DNA from: the human T2T-CHM13v2.0 reference genome, Homo sapiens | DNA: 64,000 bases | Assembly (NCBI RefSeq): GCF_009914755.1 | Contig: NC_060925.1 | Direction: 5' to 3' (one strand) | In this document: positions 59,101 to 64,000 of the stretch, in pieces | Numbering within the stretch: position 1 is the stretch's first letter | Layout of the letters: every line of letters starts with the position of its first letter | Made by a program: the position numbers and the translations under genes | Notes under the pieces: model-generated | Told to the model about the DNA's origin: nothing | Databases searched by the model: none | Seen by the model: the letters and a program-made list of their open reading frames with translations, nothing else

Positions 59101-62000
59101 TCGAATGGACCCGAATGGAATCATCATCCAACGGAAGCTAATGGAATCAACATCGAATGAATCAAATGGAAACACCATCGAATTGAAACGAATGGAATTA
59201 CCATGAAATTGAAATGGATGGACTCATCATCGAATGGATTCGAATGGAATCATCGAATAAAATTGATTGAAATCATCATCGAATGGAATCGAATGGTATC
59301 ATTGAATGGAATCAAATGGAATCATCATCAGATGGAAATGAATGGAATCGTCATAGAATGGAATCGAATGGATTCATTGAATGGAATCAGATGGAATCAT
59401 CGAATGGACTGGAATGGAATCATTGAATGGACTCGAAAGGGATTATTATTGAATGGAATTGAATGGAATCATCGAATGGTCTCGATTGGAATCATTTTCA
59501 AATGGAATCGAATGGAATCACCGAATAGAATCGAATGGAACAATCATCGAATGGACTCAAATGGAATTATCCTCAAATGGAATCGAATGGAATTATCGAA
59601 TGAAATCGAATGGAATTATCGAATGCAATCGAATAGAATCATCGAATGGACTCGAATGGAATCATCGAATGGAATGGAATGGAACAGTCAATGAACTCGA
59701 ATGGAATCATCATTGAATGGAATCGAATGGAATCATCGAGTGGAATCGAACGGAAATATGATCAAATGGAATCGAATGTAATCATCATCAAATGGAATCA
59801 AAAATAACCATCATCAATTGGTATTGAATGGAATTGTCATCAAATGGAATTCAAAGGAATCATCATCAAATGGAACCGAATGGAATCCTCATTGAATGGA
59901 AATGAAAGGGGTCATCATCTAATGGAATCGCATGGAATCATCATCAAATGGAATCGAATGGAATCATCATCAAATGGAATCTAATGGAATCATTGAACAG
60001 AATTGAATGGAATCGTCATCGAATGAATTGAATGCAGTCATCGAATGGTCTCGAATGGAATCATCTTCTAATGGAAAGGAATGGAATCATCGCATAGAAT
60101 CGAATGGAATTATCATCGAATGGAATCGAATGGTATCAACACCAAACGGAAAAAAACGGAATTATCGAATGGAATCGAAGAGAATCTTCGAACGGACCCG
60201 AATGGAATCATCTAATGGAATGGAATGGAATAATCCATGGACTCGAATGCAATCATCATCGAATGGAATGGAATGGAATCATCGAATGGACTCGAATGGA
60301 ATAATCATTGAACGGAATCGAATGGAATCATCATCGGATGGAAACGAATGGAATCATCATCGAATGGAAATGAAAGGAGTCATCATCTAATGGAATTGCA
60401 TGGAATCATCATAAAATGGATTCGAATGGAATCAACATCAAATGGAATCAAATGTAATCATTGAACGGAATTGAATGGAATCGTCATCGAATGAATTGAA
60501 TGCAATCATCGAATGGTCTCGAATGGAATCATCTTCAAATGGAATGGAATGGAATCATCGCATAGAATCGAATGGAATTATCATCGAATGGAATCGAATG
60601 GAATCAACATCAATCGGAAAAAAACGGAATTATCGAATGGAATCGAAGAGAATCATCGAATGGACCCGAATGGAATCATCTAATGGTATGGAATGGAATA
60701 ATCCATGGACTCGAATGCAATCATCATCAAATGGAATCGAATGGAATCATCGAATGGATTCGAATGGAATAATCATTGAACGGAATCGAATGGAATCATC
60801 ATCGGATGGTAATGAATGGAATCATCATCGAATGGAATCGAATAGAATTATGGAATGAAATCCAGTGTGATCATCATCGAATGGACCCGAATGGAATCAT
60901 CATCCAACGGAAGCTAATGGAATCAACATCGAATGAATCAAATGGAAACACCATCGAATTGAAACGAATGGAATTACCATGAAATTGAAATGGATGGACT
61001 CATCATCGAATGGATACGAATGGAATCATCGAATAAAATTGATTGAAATCATCATCGAATGGAATCGAATGGTATCATTGAATGGAATCGAATGGAATCA
61101 TCATCAGATGGAAATGAACGGAATCGTCATAGAATGGAATCGAATGGATTCATTGAATGGAATCAGAACGAATCATAGAATGGACTGGAATGGAATCATT
61201 GAATGGACTCGAAAGGGATCATGATTGAATGGAATTGAATGGAATCATCGAATGGTCTCGATTGGAATCATTATCAAATGGAATCGAATGGAATCACCGA
61301 ATAGAATCGAATGGAACAATCATCGAATGGACTCAAATGGAATTATCCTCAAATGGAATCGAATGGAATTATCGAATGCAATCGAATGGAATTATCGAAT
61401 GCAATCGAATAGAATCATCGAATGGACTCGAATGGAATCATCGAATGGAATGGAATGGAACAGTCAATGAACTCGAATGGAATCATCATTGAATGGAATC
61501 GAATGGAATCATCGGGTGGAATCGAATGGAATTATGATCAAATGGAATCGAATGTAATCATCATCAAATGGAATCAAAAATAACCATCATCAATTGGTAT
61601 TGAATGGAATTGTCATCAAATGGAATTCAAAGGAATCATCATCAAATGGAACCGAATGGAATCCTCATTGAATGGAAATGAAAGGGGTCATCATCTAATG
61701 GAATCGCATGGAATCATCATCAAATGGAATCGAATGGAATCATCATCAAATGGAATCTCATGGAATCATTGAAAAGAATTGAATGGAATCGTCATCGAAT
61801 GAATTGAATGAAATCATCGAATGGTCTCGAATGGAATCATCTTCTAATGGGAAGGAATGGAATCATCGCATAGAATCGAATGGAATTATCATCGAATGGA
61901 ATCGAATGGTATCAACACCAAACGGAAAAAAACGGAATTATCGAATGGAATCGAAGAGAATCTTCGAACGGACCCGAATGGAATCATCTAATGGAATGGA
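51000..62000 (+). repeat. ~11-kb block paralogous to ~25870-36900 (offset 25126)
   Basis: Every anchor from 25971 to 36657 has a counterpart at +25126, and the two blocks share private variants. Confidence 0.85.
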
Positions 62001-62250
62001 ATGGAATAATCCATGGACTCGAATGCAATCATCATCGAATGGAATCGAATGGAATCATCGAATGGACTCGAATGGAATAATCATTGAACGGAATCGAATG
62101 GAATCATCATCGGATGGAAACGAATGGAATCATCATCGAATGGAAATGAAAGGAGTCATCATCTAATGGAATTGCATGGAATCATCATAAAATGGAATCG
62201 AATGGAATCAACATCAAATGGAATCAAATGGAATCATTGAACGGAATTGA

Positions 62251-64000
62251 ATGGAATCGTCATCGAATGAATTGAATGCAATCATCGAATGGTCTCGAAT
62301 GGAATCATCTTCAAATGGAATGGAATGGAATCATCGCATAGAATCGAGTGGAATTATCATCGAATGGAGTCGAATGGAATCAACATCAAACGGAAAAAAA
62401 CGGAATTATCGAATGGAATCGAAGAGAATCTTCGAACGGACCCGAATGGAATCACCTAATGGAATGGAATGGAATAATCTATGGACTCGAATGCAATCAT
62501 CATCGAATGGAATCATCAAATGGACTCGAATGGAATAATCATTGAACGGAATCGAATGGAATCATCATCAGATGGAAATGAATGGAATCATCATCGAATG
62601 GAATCGAATAGAATTATGGAATGAAATCCAGTGTGATCATCATCGAATGGACCCAAATGGAATCATCATCCAACGGAATCTAATGGAATCAACATCGAAT
62701 GAATTGAATGGAAACACCATCGAATTGAAACGAATGGAATTATCATGAAATTGAAATGGATGGACTCATCATCGAATGGATTGGAATGGAATCATCGAAT
62801 AAAATTGATTGAAATCATCATCAAATGGAATCGAATGGTATCATTGAATGGAATCGAATGGAATCATCATCAGATGGAAATGAATGGAATCGTCATAGAA
62901 TGGAATCGAATGGATTCATTGAATGGAATCAGATGGAATCATCGAATGGACTGGAATGGAATCATTGAATGGACTCAAAAGGGATCATTATTGAATGGAA
63001 TTGAATGGAATCATCGAATGGTCTCGATTGGAATCATTATCAAATGGAAACGAATGGAATCACCGAATAGAATCGAATGGAACAATCATCGAATGGACTC
63101 AAATGGAATCATCCTCAAATGGAATGGAATGGAATTATCGAATGCAATCGAATAGAATCATCGAATGGACTCGAATGGAATCATCGAATGGAATGGAATG
63201 GAACAGTCAATGAACTCGAATGGAATCATCATTGAATGGAATCGAATGGAATCATCGAGTGGAATCGAATGGAATTATGATCAAATGGAATCTAATGTAA
63301 TAATCATCAAATGGAATCAAAAATAACCATCATCAATTGTTATTGAATGGAATTGTCATCAAATGGAATTCAAAGGAATCATCATCAAATGGAACCGAAT
63401 GGAATCCTCATTGAATGGAAATGAAAGGGGTCATCATCTAATGGAATCGCATGGAATCATCATCAAATGGAATCGAATGGAATCATCATCAAATGGAATC
63501 TGATGGAATCATTGAACAGAATTGAATGGAATCGTCATCGAATGAATTGAATGCAATCATCGAATGGTCTCGAATGGAATCATCTTCTAATGGAAAGGAA
63601 TGGAATCATCGCATAGAATCGAATGGAATTAACATTGAATGGACTCGAATGGAATCAACATCAAACGGAATCAAGCGGAATTATCGAATGGAATTGAAGA
63701 GAATCATCGAATGGACTCGAATGGAATAATCTAATGGAATTGAATGGAATAATCCACGGACTCGAATGCAATCATCATCGTATAGAATCGAATGGAATCA
63801 TCGAATGGACTCGAATGGAATAATCATTGAACGGAATCGAATGGAATCATCATCGGATGGAAACGAATGGAATCATCATCGAATGGAAATGAAAGGAGTC
63901 ATCATCTAATGGAATTGCATGGAATCATCATCAAATGGAATCGAATGGAATCAACAGCAAATGGAATCAAATGGAATCATTGAACGGAATTGAATGGAAT
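62251..64000 (+). repeat. Re-entry into the 3690-bp-type unit, closest to the 42155-43900 copy (offset 20096); runs off the window end
   Basis: Shares GGACTCAAAAGGG and GGAATTGAAGAG only with the 42649/43430 copy. Confidence 0.8.

Larger units (their letters stand above)
1..64000 (+). repeat. Satellite II (HSat2/HSATII-type) pericentromeric tandem array, GAATG strand on +
   Basis: Continuous degenerate (GAATG)n with the HSat2-type motif CATCATCGAATGGAATCGAATGGAAT and dense TCGA (TaqI) and GANTC (HinfI) sites from end to end. No unique sequence and no switch to the CATTC strand was seen. Confidence 0.98.

Noticed and set aside
67-63729. The many short + strand ORFs (MESSSNELNAIIEW..., MKLKWMD..., up to 163 aa)
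   Set aside because: They are low-complexity translations of GAATG repeats (EWN/RME/SNG). They overlap in several frames, are broken at random by stops between copies, and show no recognisable domain or gene structure.
1-64000. CRISPR-like or other repeat-spacer array
   Set aside because: There are no unique spacers. All intervening sequence is itself satellite, and there are no cas or other genes.
1-64000. Embedded transposon, unique island or inversion
   Set aside because: Reading through, I saw no Alu/L1-like sequence, poly(A) tail, non-satellite segment or CATTC-strand block. A very short one could have been missed by eye.
1-64000. HSat3, alpha satellite or telomeric repeat
   Set aside because: It lacks long pure (GGAAT)n runs, 171-bp monomers, CENP-B boxes and TTAGGG. 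The CATCATCGAATGGAATCG 23/26-bp structure is HSat2-type.

Overview
The whole 64 kb window is one uninterrupted, single-orientation array of classical satellite II (human HSat2/HSATII type). It is built from diverged GAATG pentamers arranged as 23- and 26-bp monomers (e.g. CGAATGGAATCGAATGGAATCATCAT). I found no genuine gene, RNA gene, transposon insertion, inversion or CRISPR array, and every listed ORF is a translation artefact of the repeat. A once-per-unit anchor (ATGAAATTGAAATGGATGGACTC) occurs 36 times. The modal unit is 1776 bp with one EcoRI site, matching the 1.77-kb HSat2A repeat classically assigned to human 1q12 (family and locus assignment is inference from known biology). The informative content is the nested architecture. 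Units are a core plus 1-4 copies of a ~468-bp subrepeat (1308/1776/2218/2639-2662 bp), and structural indels mostly come in monomer-sized steps (23, 26, 49, 75 bp). Higher-order structure includes a ~7.07-kb four-unit pattern on the left, a derived 3690-bp repeat in the middle and right, a 5638-bp tandem duplication with a mappable junction, and dispersed duplications at offsets of 7520, 12108, 20096 and 25126 bp. I found no evidence for a novel protein-coding or defence system. All offsets were derived by hand from the sequence and ORF track, not by alignment software.
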